NCBI GenBank assembly: GCA_046482545.1
Contig: JAWOEX010000024.1
Span: 32,001-96,000 of the forward strand
DNA: 64,000 nucleotides
Direction: 5' to 3'
Source of the DNA: Candidatus Thorarchaeota archaeon
Lineage (GTDB): Archaea; Asgardarchaeota; Thorarchaeia; Thorarchaeales; Thorarchaeaceae
Positions 1-8,815 of this stretch are shown here, piece by piece. Every line of letters begins with the position of its first letter. Position 1 is the first letter of the stretch. The translations under genes were made by a program, and so were the position numbers. The notes under the pieces were generated by a model. It searched no databases. It was not told the DNA's origin and was given only the letters and a program-made list of their open reading frames with translations.

Positions 1-1
1 C

Positions 2-181
2 ACTTCCATAACAAAATCAGTCCTTTTCATAGAATCCCTGATGCCTTCTGCAGTTCTTACGGTGGTCTATGCATCTGATTTCAGGTTGGATGCGCAGATT
101 GCCGCTACGATAGTGACAATCGGCACAGTTCTCTTGCTGCCCTTTCTACCATTGATTCCTTTCATACTCTCATTCATTTAA
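2..181 (+). CDS. AEC (auxin efflux carrier/malate permease) family transporter, C-terminal part (truncated by window edge)
   Basis: Frame 2 reads TSITKSVLFIESLMPSAVLTVVYASDFRLDAQIAATIVTIGTVLLLPFLP...* with the typical 'MPSAV' and hydrophobic C-terminus of AEC transporters; not in the ORF track. Confidence 0.65.
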   Translation, partial: TSITKSVLFIESLMPSAVLTVVYASDFRLDAQIAATIVTIGTVLLLPFLPLIPFILSFI

Positions 182-252
182 TCAGTAGGAGTATTTCCAC
201 TATGCGCTCCATCTCAAAGCTAATATCCGATGCCCGTAGAGATTAAATTGCG

Positions 253-576
253 GTGAAGAAATTGCCAGACGAGAAGGAAAAAGATTCGGTCCGGATAAAG
301 CGGGAACTGGATGAAACAGTAGCAAAACTCGAGCAATCTCACCCCTCAAGTGAAGATTGGGAAGAGACAATGGCTGCCAACCGCAAAAAATGGGAGAAGA
401 TGAAGAAGAAAATACACGAGCGCCAAACGGCGCTGAAACGACTGGTAAAGGAGAAACGAGCCGGTACCATCGGTGAAAGAGAATTCAGAGAAAAGTATAG
501 AAAAATCCAGGACGAGTTAACAGCCTTGGAGTTTGCTGTATACAATCTTCGACTAGGTACTGACATTGCTGTTTAA
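253..576 (+). CDS. Hypothetical coiled-coil protein
   Basis: 107 aa, highly charged and helical; includes a SHOCT-like 'GTIGEREFREKYRKI' segment. Confidence 0.6.
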   Translation: MKKLPDEKEKDSVRIKRELDETVAKLEQSHPSSEDWEETMAANRKKWEKMKKKIHERQTALKRLVKEKRAGTIGEREFREKYRKIQDELTALEFAVYNLRLGTDIAV

Positions 577-625
577 GACGGCCGAATCATATAGTTTCGT
601 CACTTTCTTGTGGCCACTTGAGCTT

Positions 626-1666
626 CTAGTCTGCTTTTGACTTCTGATAAAGCAGTATTCCTTCGGTTAAGGAGATAATACCAAGCACAGCTACAGCAGC
701 TAAGAGTATGAGATTGAGGGCATTCGGTCCGAAGGGAGAATCTGTATTTTCAAGCCCTGACGTTACTGCTCCAAGATTATATGTCATAATCGAGAGATAA
801 TCCGAGAGACCCTCTACAAAAACCCCACGAACCCAGATGAGGGGAGTACCGTAATCCTCTGCGAGCTGCTGTGCAAATTCTCCCGCATTTTGAAGACGAG
901 CCACATCTGAACCGATAATGACATCAACGCTCCCATTCGCAAGAGCATTTTGGACTTGGACAAGCTCCGTCCCCGAAACGAAGGTCCCTTCTTCTTGCAG
1001 AATAGTCACAATTTCTATATCAAATGCTTCAGCAACATACGCTTCCGCTGGAAAAACTCCTATTGCCCTGATGGATGCAAAGCTGTATTCTTCCTTCTGT
1101 GTGTCTACGAAATTCACGAAGGCCTGCAGATCGGAAAGGAATGTGTCTAACTGTAGGTTCCAGTATTCCGAATAGCTAGGTTCAATTCGATTTAGAGCTG
1201 CAACTGTGGTATTAGCTATAGATGCGGCATTACTCGGAAGGAGCCACCATGCATGTGGATTCTCTCCCCCCTCTTCTTCTATTCTTGGGATCGGAGAAAG
1301 TTCTGCACCATAATCTGAATATCTCTCAAAAGCGTTTTCGTCGTGGAGTGTTATATACCGTACGTCCGTCTGGCTGACCAAATCATCTTCAAAAGCAAAG
1401 TGGCCTGTAAGGGCCAGTAAATCTGCTCGATTTGCCTTCTCCACAGCTTCTGTCGGCAGCTGTGAAGCATGCGGTTCAACGCCCTCCGGCAGTATGACTG
1501 AGATATCCAAGTATCCACCCCCGACTCTTTTGATAATACCTCCAAGTGGTGCGATTGCAACTGCAATTTCTAGGTTGGGTTCTTGAGCCCTGACTGCTGG
1601 TGGAATGAACGAGACAACCAACAACGAGAGCATCAACATTACTACCAGATAACCCTTCTTTCTCAC
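626..1666 (-). CDS. Metal ABC transporter substrate-binding protein (ZnuA/MntC cluster A-I family)
   Basis: Signal peptide, 'LPEGVEPHAS' and 'ENPHAWW' His motifs, C-terminal TM anchor; probable GTG start at 1666 after a GAGG. Confidence 0.88.
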   Translation of the reverse strand: MRKKGYLVVMLMLSLLVVSFIPPAVRAQEPNLEIAVAIAPLGGIIKRVGGGYLDISVILPEGVEPHASQLPTEAVEKANRADLLALTGHFAFEDDLVSQTDVRYITLHDENAFERYSDYGAELSPIPRIEEEGGENPHAWWLLPSNAASIANTTVAALNRIEPSYSEYWNLQLDTFLSDLQAFVNFVDTQKEEYSFASIRAIGVFPAEAYVAEAFDIEIVTILQEEGTFVSGTELVQVQNALANGSVDVIIGSDVARLQNAGEFAQQLAEDYGTPLIWVRGVFVEGLSDYLSIMTYNLGAVTSGLENTDSPFGPNALNLILLAAVAVLGIISLTEGILLYQKSKAD

Positions 1667-1711
1667 CGCGTATCGCCTCTTGTTAATAAAGAAATGAAAC
1701 AAGGTTTATAA

Positions 1712-1728
1712 CATGTATCGGATACATG
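1712..1728. promoter_or_regulatory. Perfect inverted repeat CATGTATC-G-GATACATG in the divergent promoter; candidate operator of the NikR-type regulator
   Basis: 8-bp perfect palindrome arms directly beside TTTATAA (1705-1711), between the SBP gene and the NikR/ABC operon. Confidence 0.55.
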
Positions 1729-1822
1729 CGTAAATTATTAAGGTTTTCGGCATGAATATTAATCAGAAAAATACAGTTAGCTGGAAGGAAACTACCCGCT
1801 GACTAGATGTTGATGTGATTAT

Positions 1823-2215
1823 ATGCCAATTGTAGCTGTTTCGATGTCAGAATCCCATCTGCACACACTTGAAAACCTTCAGAAGCAAGGCGGATTCTCC
1901 AATCGGTCCGAGGCGATTAGACATGCTATCCAGTCGCTTATGGCCGAGCATGAGGATCTTGAACAGGAGACGGGTGAAGTCACTATTGTTTTGACTGCAG
2001 TATACTCCGATAAGGGTAAGAACAACCGATGCAGTCGCGTGCAGCATGAGTATAGCCATATGATTAGTTCTATGATGCATTCTCACTCGAATCGTGGTGA
2101 ATGCGTTGAAGTGATGGTTCTCAAGGGTGATGCCGAGGAAGCTAGAAAATTCATTAAGAAGATACGTTCACAGAACCGGGTTGTTCACGTACAAATCAGC
2201 GTTGTGGGGCGATAG
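1823..2215 (+). CDS. nikR: NikR-type ribbon-helix-helix metal-responsive regulator
   Basis: RHH N-terminus 'NRSEAIRHAI'; ACT-like C-domain with 'QHEY...MHSH.....C', matching the three His plus Cys nickel ligands. Confidence 0.8.
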   Translation: MPIVAVSMSESHLHTLENLQKQGGFSNRSEAIRHAIQSLMAEHEDLEQETGEVTIVLTAVYSDKGKNNRCSRVQHEYSHMISSMMHSHSNRGECVEVMVLKGDAEEARKFIKKIRSQNRVVHVQISVVGR

Positions 2216-2241
2216 CTCTGATAGAACAACAGCTCTCCAAT

Positions 2242-3033
2242 GTGCTATTGCATGCAGAAGATTTGGCTGTGAAATATCCGAACGGGGAACTTGCTCTTTA
2301 TGATGTAGATTTCAAGATTGATGCACCTTCGTTTACCGCTATCATCGGGCCTAATGGGTCCGGGAAAAGCACTTTACTGAAGACTATTCTAGGGTTGCTG
2401 GAACCGCTCCGCGGCTCAATTGAACTGTTCGGGTTTGATTCTGCTGAAGAAAAAGACGACATCCGCAAGCTCGTACGTTACGTGCCGCAGCGAGATCGTA
2501 TTGAATTCAACGTGCCTATGAAAGTAAAAGATATCGTGCTTATGGGGCGGCTGCTGAAAAAATCGCCCCCTCGATTTACGTCAACGGAAGATAAGGAACG
2601 GGCACACGAAGCATTGGAACAGGTAAACATGAATCACCTTTGGAATCGTCCTTTTCCGGAGCTATCGGGGGGTCAGTGGCAACGAGTTTTGGTAGCCCGT
2701 GCTCTTGCGAGTGAGGGGCCTGTGCTGATGCTTGATGAACCCCTAGCCGGTACTGATATAGCGAGCCAAGATATGATTGTCGAGGCCTTAGATAGATATC
2801 ATAAGGAACATGATGTCAGCGTGCTTATCGTTACCCATGACCTCAATCCGATTCACACAATGGTAGATGACGTACTTCTCCTCAAGAACACAGTTGTTGG
2901 TATTGGAGAGCCGTGTAGCATAATGGATCCAGATCTCATGAAGAAGGTGTACGGTCGCTCCGCCAGAATCATCGAACACTCAGGCCACAGATACTGCGTA
3001 ACAAGAGATTCGGGGCTTGATAGACATGCTTAA
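2242..3033 (+). CDS. Metal ABC transporter ATP-binding protein (ZnuC/MntA-like)
   Basis: Walker A GPNGSGKST, 'YVPQ', LSGGQ signature, 'LDEP', 'THDL'. Confidence 0.92.
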   Translation: MLLHAEDLAVKYPNGELALYDVDFKIDAPSFTAIIGPNGSGKSTLLKTILGLLEPLRGSIELFGFDSAEEKDDIRKLVRYVPQRDRIEFNVPMKVKDIVLMGRLLKKSPPRFTSTEDKERAHEALEQVNMNHLWNRPFPELSGGQWQRVLVARALASEGPVLMLDEPLAGTDIASQDMIVEALDRYHKEHDVSVLIVTHDLNPIHTMVDDVLLLKNTVVGIGEPCSIMDPDLMKKVYGRSARIIEHSGHRYCVTRDSGLDRHA

Positions 3034-3961
3034 CATACTACAAACTATATTGCAGAGTCCTTTTCTACAGCGGGCTTTGATTGGAGCTTTCCTAATAGCC
3101 ATACTAGCATCTGCATCAGGGACCTTCCTCGTCTTCAGGGGACTCTCGTTCATGACCGCAGGTGTTGCCCATGCGGCCCTAGGTGGTGCAGCTCTGGGAT
3201 TGTTTATGCAGGAATCCGGGCTTGTGCCGTGGTTCGATCCTATTTTGGGGGCTCTCATGTTCAGCATTTTCGTAGCCATAGTGACTGGATATGCTGGTGA
3301 GTCGGGTATTGCTCAGAAAATGGAAGTTGCAGTGGGTGTCTCGTTTGCGTTATCTATGAGTCTTGCTGTTTTCCTGATGTACTATATTCCACCAACAAAA
3401 GTACCCCAGATTTGGGGCTATTTGACCGGTGACATCCTTCTACTCGATAACCTTGACATAATCCTGCTAGGAGCCACTACAGTAGTGCTGGTCTTTCTCA
3501 CTGCACTCTTTCGACAGGAATTCGTGTATGTTAGTGTTGATATGGAAGGGTCAACAGCTCATGGCCTAAATACCAAGGCATATCATTACTTGATGTTGAT
3601 TATGGCGGCGTTAGCTATATCGCTTGCAACAAAGGCCGTCGGAGCTATCCTTGTATATGCTATAGTGGTTGCACCAGCAGCTGCCTCAAATGAGGTGTTC
3701 AATTCTGTGAGGGCTGTGATGATTGCTGTCTTTGCAATTGCGTTGATATCTCAACTCATCGGGATTACGGCCTCATTCACATTCAGGACTTCTCCTAGTG
3801 CCATTGCTGGTATTCTGGCTGCTCTATCTTATCTTGTTGCGGTGCAAATCAAAAAGATTCGTGACAGAGCCAGAATTGAAAAACAGATAGACCGGAGGAA
3901 AGGCCAAGTAGTAGGTAGGTCTCCGAAAGAAATGTCTACCTCGGGGGAAACTGATGTTTAG
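3026..3961 (+). CDS. Metal ABC transporter permease (ZnuB/MntB-like)
   Basis: 'FLQRALI...GTFLVFRGLSFMTAGVAHAALGG', 'YLTGDIL', 'KAVGAILV' ABC-3 motifs; overlaps the ATPase stop. Confidence 0.92.
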   Translation: MLNILQTILQSPFLQRALIGAFLIAILASASGTFLVFRGLSFMTAGVAHAALGGAALGLFMQESGLVPWFDPILGALMFSIFVAIVTGYAGESGIAQKMEVAVGVSFALSMSLAVFLMYYIPPTKVPQIWGYLTGDILLLDNLDIILLGATTVVLVFLTALFRQEFVYVSVDMEGSTAHGLNTKAYHYLMLIMAALAISLATKAVGAILVYAIVVAPAAASNEVFNSVRAVMIAVFAIALISQLIGITASFTFRTSPSAIAGILAALSYLVAVQIKKIRDRARIEKQIDRRKGQVVGRSPKEMSTSGETDV

Positions 3962-4054
3962 CGGCTGATTCCTATCTTCATACAACCCTGAGCTCGTCGG
4001 TATCTTTAAGTGGGGACCTCAGATTTTCCAAATCCAAGGTCGGTGTGAAGAGTA

Positions 4055-4450
4055 GTGAGCCAAGAAATTGATCGTAATGAGATGATTCGGTCAACAGTGA
4101 TTACAGTCGTACTTGCGGCTGTTCTCTTGAGTCTCGGGCTTCTTTTCTGGGCGTGGTCATCTCCTGATGTTGTAGATTCCACCTTCGTTGGAACATTAAA
4201 TGACATCAACCCATTTTTGGTAACCGTCATAGAAATCGCACTGATGTTCGGCTTCTATGTTTTCCTGACAGTCACACTGGTTAATCTTCGATTATTCATA
4301 ACCAAAATCCGTGCAGGTTGGCTGGAAATTCTGGCCCCCCTTATTCTTGTTACTGTGATTAGCTACTTTATGTTTCAAGAATATGTTGCAGCTGCGACTT
4401 TCGTACTATCGCTCGGATTTGTTGTCTATCTCTACTTGCTGCAGGAATAG
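4055..4450 (+). CDS. Hypothetical membrane protein (about 4 TM)
   Basis: 131 aa with four hydrophobic segments. Confidence 0.65.
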   Translation: MSQEIDRNEMIRSTVITVVLAAVLLSLGLLFWAWSSPDVVDSTFVGTLNDINPFLVTVIEIALMFGFYVFLTVTLVNLRLFITKIRAGWLEILAPLILVTVISYFMFQEYVAAATFVLSLGFVVYLYLLQE

Positions 4451-4515
4451 ATAGCAGTCCTTATTAGGGTCACCAGAAGGTTTATCACAACTCACCAATT
4501 AGCCAATTTGAGCAA

Positions 4516-4628
4516 CCTAATGGCGTAATTGCTAGTAGCTGGCATTATTGAAGATCACAGCCAGCACCGTAGAACTTTCAGGGACTGCATAATTCTGAGG
4601 TTCTGATTTCTGGCAACTTGCGGTTAGG
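4516..4628 (+). ncRNA. Candidate structured 5' leader (three-way junction) of the proteasome/exosome operon
   Basis: Nested complementary segments cctaa/ttagg, cgtaa/ttgcg, ttgctag/ctggcaa enclose hairpins gctggc/gccagc and agaactttcag/ctgaggttct; TATA-like TTTATCA at 4481. Confidence 0.45.
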
Positions 4629-4648
4629 CTTATTTGGAGGAATACTTG

Positions 4649-5383
4649 ATGTTTGGAATGTCCCGCAAGGGATATGATAGGTCGACTAGCATATTTAGCC
4701 CGGAAGGTCGTATTTTCGCTGCCGAATATGCGAAGAAGGCTGTCGAACAAGGTGCCACATCTATTGGCACACGTTGTGAAGAAGGAGTGGTCCTGTTGGC
4801 TGAAAAGAAAGTCATGCCTTTACAGGAGCCTGACAGTGTCGAGAAAATCTCTAAAATTGATGAACATATAGGAGTTGCGACTTCCGGTTTCATGGCTGAT
4901 GCCAGAACCTTGATACAAGAGGCGAGGGTCAAAGCGCAGTCCTATTGGTTGACCTACGAAGAGTCAATACCTGCAGAAGCTCTTGCTGACCATATTTGTG
5001 ATATCAAGGCGCAGTTCACTCAGGGTGGCGGTGCCAGGCCTTACGGAGTTGCGATGATAATTGGTTCCGTTGATGACAATGGTATCCCACAACTCTTTGT
5101 CACGGACCCTGTGGGAACTTACTGGGGCTTCTTTGCTGCTGTCATTGGCAGGGGCAATACAGACGCAGGAGAATATTTGCAGGAGCATTACGAAGAAGAC
5201 TTGAACATCACTGAATCAACAAATCTGGCCCTCAATGCTTTGAAGGCGACTACTGAGTCCGGGTTGACTGCTGACAATGTTGAAATTGCTCAGATTCCAG
5301 TTAGCACCAGCAGATTCACGAAACTATCAAACAATGAGGTTACAACGTTATTGGAACAGAATTCAGAAGCCGAGAAGAAATAG
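4649..5383 (+). CDS. psmA: Proteasome subunit alpha
   Basis: 'GYDRSTSIFSPEGRI..AEYAKKAV..GATSIG', 'SGFMADAR', 'TQGGGARPYGV'; ATG at 4649 after GGAGG. Confidence 0.97.
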   Translation: MFGMSRKGYDRSTSIFSPEGRIFAAEYAKKAVEQGATSIGTRCEEGVVLLAEKKVMPLQEPDSVEKISKIDEHIGVATSGFMADARTLIQEARVKAQSYWLTYEESIPAEALADHICDIKAQFTQGGGARPYGVAMIIGSVDDNGIPQLFVTDPVGTYWGFFAAVIGRGNTDAGEYLQEHYEEDLNITESTNLALNALKATTESGLTADNVEIAQIPVSTSRFTKLSNNEVTTLLEQNSEAEKK

Positions 5384-5395
5384 TTACCACGTGGG

Positions 5396-6124
5396 GTGTA
5401 TGGGAGATTGCAACGAAAATCAGGTGAAGAATGGCTAGACCTTGATGCAGTAGTTGTTGGATTGAAGAAGGGACACCTCAACTTCGAAATCTTCGTCGAC
5501 CCCGACTTGGCATTCAAGTTCAGACGTGGCGAAGACATTCCGCTCGAATCTGTTTTGAAATCCTATGACCTTTATGAGGACGCTCGAAGAGGAGAACATG
5601 CTTCTGAAGACTTGGCAGAGGATTTCTTTGGAACTAGCGAAATCTTTGAAATAGCATCAGAGATAATCAAACGTGGCAAGTTCAAGCTAACTCATGAGCA
5701 ACGAAGACAGCTGAAGGAAGAGAAAACCGAAAAAATCATTGAGAACATATCCAAGAAAGCAATGAACCCTAAGACCGGTCACCCACATCCTCCTGATAGA
5801 ATACGTCAAGCAATGGAAGAAGCTAAAGTGAACGTAGATCCATTTGTCCGAGTTGAAGAACAAGTACCTCGGATTGTCAAGGCATTGCGAGTTATCATTC
5901 CAATATCCTTTGAAAGCGTCAAGCTGCGAATTATGATACCTGCAGCATATGTTGGAAAGGGCTACAATGTGGTTGCTAACACCGGAGTCATTACCGAGGA
6001 GTCTTGGGACCGGGATGGGTCGTGGAACGGCCTTGTTGAGATTCCAGCCTCTCAGAGGCAGGATCTGTACGACGAGTTGAACAAGCTCACGAAAGGTCAG
6101 GTCAGGATAGAATTAGTCAGATAG
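5396..6124 (+). CDS. Ribosome maturation protein SBDS/Sdo1
   Basis: 'FEIFVDPDLA', 'DARRGEHAS', 'NPKTGHPHPPDRIRQAMEEA'; canonical position after psmA. Confidence 0.95.
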   Translation: MYGRLQRKSGEEWLDLDAVVVGLKKGHLNFEIFVDPDLAFKFRRGEDIPLESVLKSYDLYEDARRGEHASEDLAEDFFGTSEIFEIASEIIKRGKFKLTHEQRRQLKEEKTEKIIENISKKAMNPKTGHPHPPDRIRQAMEEAKVNVDPFVRVEEQVPRIVKALRVIIPISFESVKLRIMIPAAYVGKGYNVVANTGVITEESWDRDGSWNGLVEIPASQRQDLYDELNKLTKGQVRIELVR

Positions 6125-6201
6125 ATCTTGCACTACTACATCACTCTTACAATACTAATCACATGAATTAACTAAAGTAAATTGAATTGAGGAAATACAT
6201 A

Positions 6202-7020
6202 ATGGCAACATTTTTCGAGAATCGCGAAGTAGTTGTACCTGGGCAGCTTTTGGCCGAGGGAAGATACAAATCATCTTTTGGCACATATGTGTCTGCAGAT
6301 GACGAAGTTTTCTCGGCTCTTGTCGGATTGGCAGAGCTGCGCGGTAACACAGTACGAGTTGTCCCTCTCCATGGCGTATACATTCCAAGAGAGGGTGACC
6401 GAGTTATCGGTACCATAACTTTTGTTGCCGGTAACAATTGGAAAGTAGATATCGGGGGCCCATATGGTGCCTCATTGCATGCTAATAACGCTCTGAGAAA
6501 ACCCTACGATGATGATATCTCCAAGTACTATGACGTAGGAGATGTCATAGCTGCCGAGGTTGCAACCTATGACAGGACAACTGGTCCATACCTTTCAATG
6601 AAAGGCAGAGGATTAAGAAAACTCGAGGGTGGACTACTTGTCGAGATAAGTCCTGCAAAAATCCCTCGCATCATTGGACGCAAGGGCTCTATGATTAACA
6701 TGATAAAGAGTAAACTCGATATCCAAGCTATGGTTGGCCAGAATGGTCGAATCTGGATACGAGGGGCTGAACTCGATTCCTTACAGATCGCTAAGAAAGC
6801 TTTCAGAATGGTTGCTGAGCAATCTCATACCACGAATCTAACAGATAGAGTTGCTCAGATGATTGATGAGAAACTAGTAGAACTGCATGAGGAAGAGAAA
6901 GATAGTGTTGCTGAACAAGAAGTAGAGAAATCTAATGAAAGTGAAGAACCCTCGGAACCCGGAGACGGTGAAGAGGACGAAGATAATGAAGAAGAAATGG
7001 AGGAAGTGAACGAAGAATGA
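6202..7020 (+). CDS. rrp4: Exosome RNA-binding subunit Rrp4 (S1+KH) with acidic tail
   Basis: 'VVPGQLL', 'YIPREGDRVIG', KH 'PRIIGRKGSMI', 'VGQNGRIW'. Confidence 0.95.
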   Translation: MATFFENREVVVPGQLLAEGRYKSSFGTYVSADDEVFSALVGLAELRGNTVRVVPLHGVYIPREGDRVIGTITFVAGNNWKVDIGGPYGASLHANNALRKPYDDDISKYYDVGDVIAAEVATYDRTTGPYLSMKGRGLRKLEGGLLVEISPAKIPRIIGRKGSMINMIKSKLDIQAMVGQNGRIWIRGAELDSLQIAKKAFRMVAEQSHTTNLTDRVAQMIDEKLVELHEEEKDSVAEQEVEKSNESEEPSEPGDGEEDEDNEEEMEEVNEE

Positions 7021-7820
7021 GCGGAGGAGAAAAGAAGCCGGACTATTTAATAAATCCGGAAGGTCTTCGGCTGGACGGTAGGCGTCCAGACGAAATGAGA
7101 CCCTTAGAACTGAAGGTGGGCGATGTAATTCGAACCGCTGACGGTTCAGCATCAATCAGACAGGGTAACACCTACATCATAGCAGCTGTTTACGGTCCCC
7201 GGGAATTACATCCGCGGCATCTTGCCCTCCCTGATAGGGCATACTTGCGATGTAACTACCGGATGGCGACATTTTCAGTTCCTGACAGGAAACGGCCAGC
7301 TCCATCCAGAAGAGAGCGAGAAATTTCTATGGTTATTCGGAACGCACTGGAGCCATCGCTGTTCCTGGAAGAGTTTCCTGAAGCCGTCATAGATGTCTAT
7401 GTTTATGTTCTTCAGGCTGATGGCGGAACTCGATGTGCTTCAATTAATGCCGCATCACTGGCATTAGCTGATGCAGGAGTTCCGATGAGAAGCTTGGTAC
7501 CATCAATAGCCGTTGGTAAGGCTGATGATACTTTGATAGTTGATTTGGGCGATAAAGAAGACAAGTATGGCGGAGGAGATATCCCAATGGCCATCATTCC
7601 CCAAACAGAATCAATTACCCTTCTCCAACAAGACGGATCCTTTAGTCGTGAAGAATTGATGGAGGCGATGCGCATGGGAATAAATGCTTGTAAAGTGTTA
7701 CATGAACGTCAAAAGGATGCAATAAAGCGGGCATATGTTAGAGAGCCCGGTGAAGATGATGACTACGAGGACGACCTCGAGGCTGACCTCGGGGACGCAG
7801 CAATTCCAGGGGAGGACTAG
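7017..7820 (+). CDS. rrp41: Exosome exonuclease Rrp41
   Basis: RNase PH motifs 'RLDGRRPDEMR', 'YGPRE', 'QADGGTRCASINAASLALADAG'. Confidence 0.97.
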   Translation: MSGGEKKPDYLINPEGLRLDGRRPDEMRPLELKVGDVIRTADGSASIRQGNTYIIAAVYGPRELHPRHLALPDRAYLRCNYRMATFSVPDRKRPAPSRREREISMVIRNALEPSLFLEEFPEAVIDVYVYVLQADGGTRCASINAASLALADAGVPMRSLVPSIAVGKADDTLIVDLGDKEDKYGGGDIPMAIIPQTESITLLQQDGSFSREELMEAMRMGINACKVLHERQKDAIKRAYVREPGEDDDYEDDLEADLGDAAIPGED

Positions 7821-7822
7821 AA

Positions 7823-8650
7823 ATGGGAGATTTTAGCTCAGAAATTATCAGTCAAGTAGACCGAGGATGGATTTCGAAATTATTGGATAATGGCAAGAGA
7901 GTAGATGGACGGAAATTTGATGAGTACCGCCCGATCGAAATTGAACTTGACCCAATAGCTGAGAAGGCGGAAGGTTCCGCTACCGTTCGCATGGGTGAAA
8001 CTACAGTAATTGCCGGTGTAAAAATAATACTCGGCGAACCATATTCAGACAAGCCCGCAGACGGTGTCACAATGGTTACAGCTGAAATGACACCCATAGC
8101 CTCTCCCATGTTTGAACCTGGACCACCACGGGAAGACGCTATTGAACTAGCAAGGGTTGTTGACAGAGGAGTCCGTGAAAGCGAGACAGTGGACACTTCT
8201 GCGCTTTGCATTGAGCCCGGCAAAAAGGTCTTCTTGGTCTTTTGCGATGTTTATCCGCTAGAATATGACGGCAACCTCTTCGATGCTTCGTCTCTTGCAG
8301 TCAATGCGGCCTTGAAGAGAACCGAATATGAGGACTACACCTGGGAAGATGGCAAAGCCGTGGCAACCGGTGAGAAGAAGAAATTACCACTGAACAACAT
8401 GGCTTTAGAGCTTACTGTGGCCAATATTGGTCCACATATGGTAATTGACCCGGTACTAAAGGAAGAGTTTGTAATGGACTCACGGCTTACTATGGCCATC
8501 GATAAAAACAATCATTTTGCCGCCATACAGAAAGGTGGTGGTATTGGCCCCATCACACTGGATCAGATTGACCGAGCCATGGGGATGGCACTAGATAGAG
8601 TCGAGGATCTGCGTGATGTATTGAACGCAACCCTTGAAGAAGTTGAGTAG
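7823..8650 (+). CDS. rrp42: Exosome subunit Rrp42
   Basis: 'RVDGRKFDEYR', 'AEGSA', 'FEPGPP..AIELARVVDRGVRES', 'DGNLFDAS'. Confidence 0.97.
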   Translation: MGDFSSEIISQVDRGWISKLLDNGKRVDGRKFDEYRPIEIELDPIAEKAEGSATVRMGETTVIAGVKIILGEPYSDKPADGVTMVTAEMTPIASPMFEPGPPREDAIELARVVDRGVRESETVDTSALCIEPGKKVFLVFCDVYPLEYDGNLFDASSLAVNAALKRTEYEDYTWEDGKAVATGEKKKLPLNNMALELTVANIGPHMVIDPVLKEEFVMDSRLTMAIDKNNHFAAIQKGGGIGPITLDQIDRAMGMALDRVEDLRDVLNATLEEVE

Positions 8651-8662
8651 AGCAATTGATGT

Positions 8663-8783
8663 GAGCCATGTGTAACACAACCGCATGGTTCCCCTCATGG
8701 ATTCTACCAGAACTCTAATAAGTAGAGTTGAGGGGCGAAAACCAGACTCCAGTTGTCCCGAGTGACTATAATGCATGGGAGTC
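8663..8783 (+). ncRNA. Candidate structured leader upstream of eL43
   Basis: Hairpins gagccatgtg/cgcatggttc, cccctca/tgagggg (enclosing aactcta/tagagtt) and gactcc/ggagtc fill the 165-nt gap. Confidence 0.4.
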
Positions 8784-8815
8784 AAATTTGATACATACAT
8801 AGGAGACCACAGAGA

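Noticed and set aside
8690-8745. Hammerhead ribozyme suggested by CGAAA after a stem
   Set aside because: No CUGANGA core.
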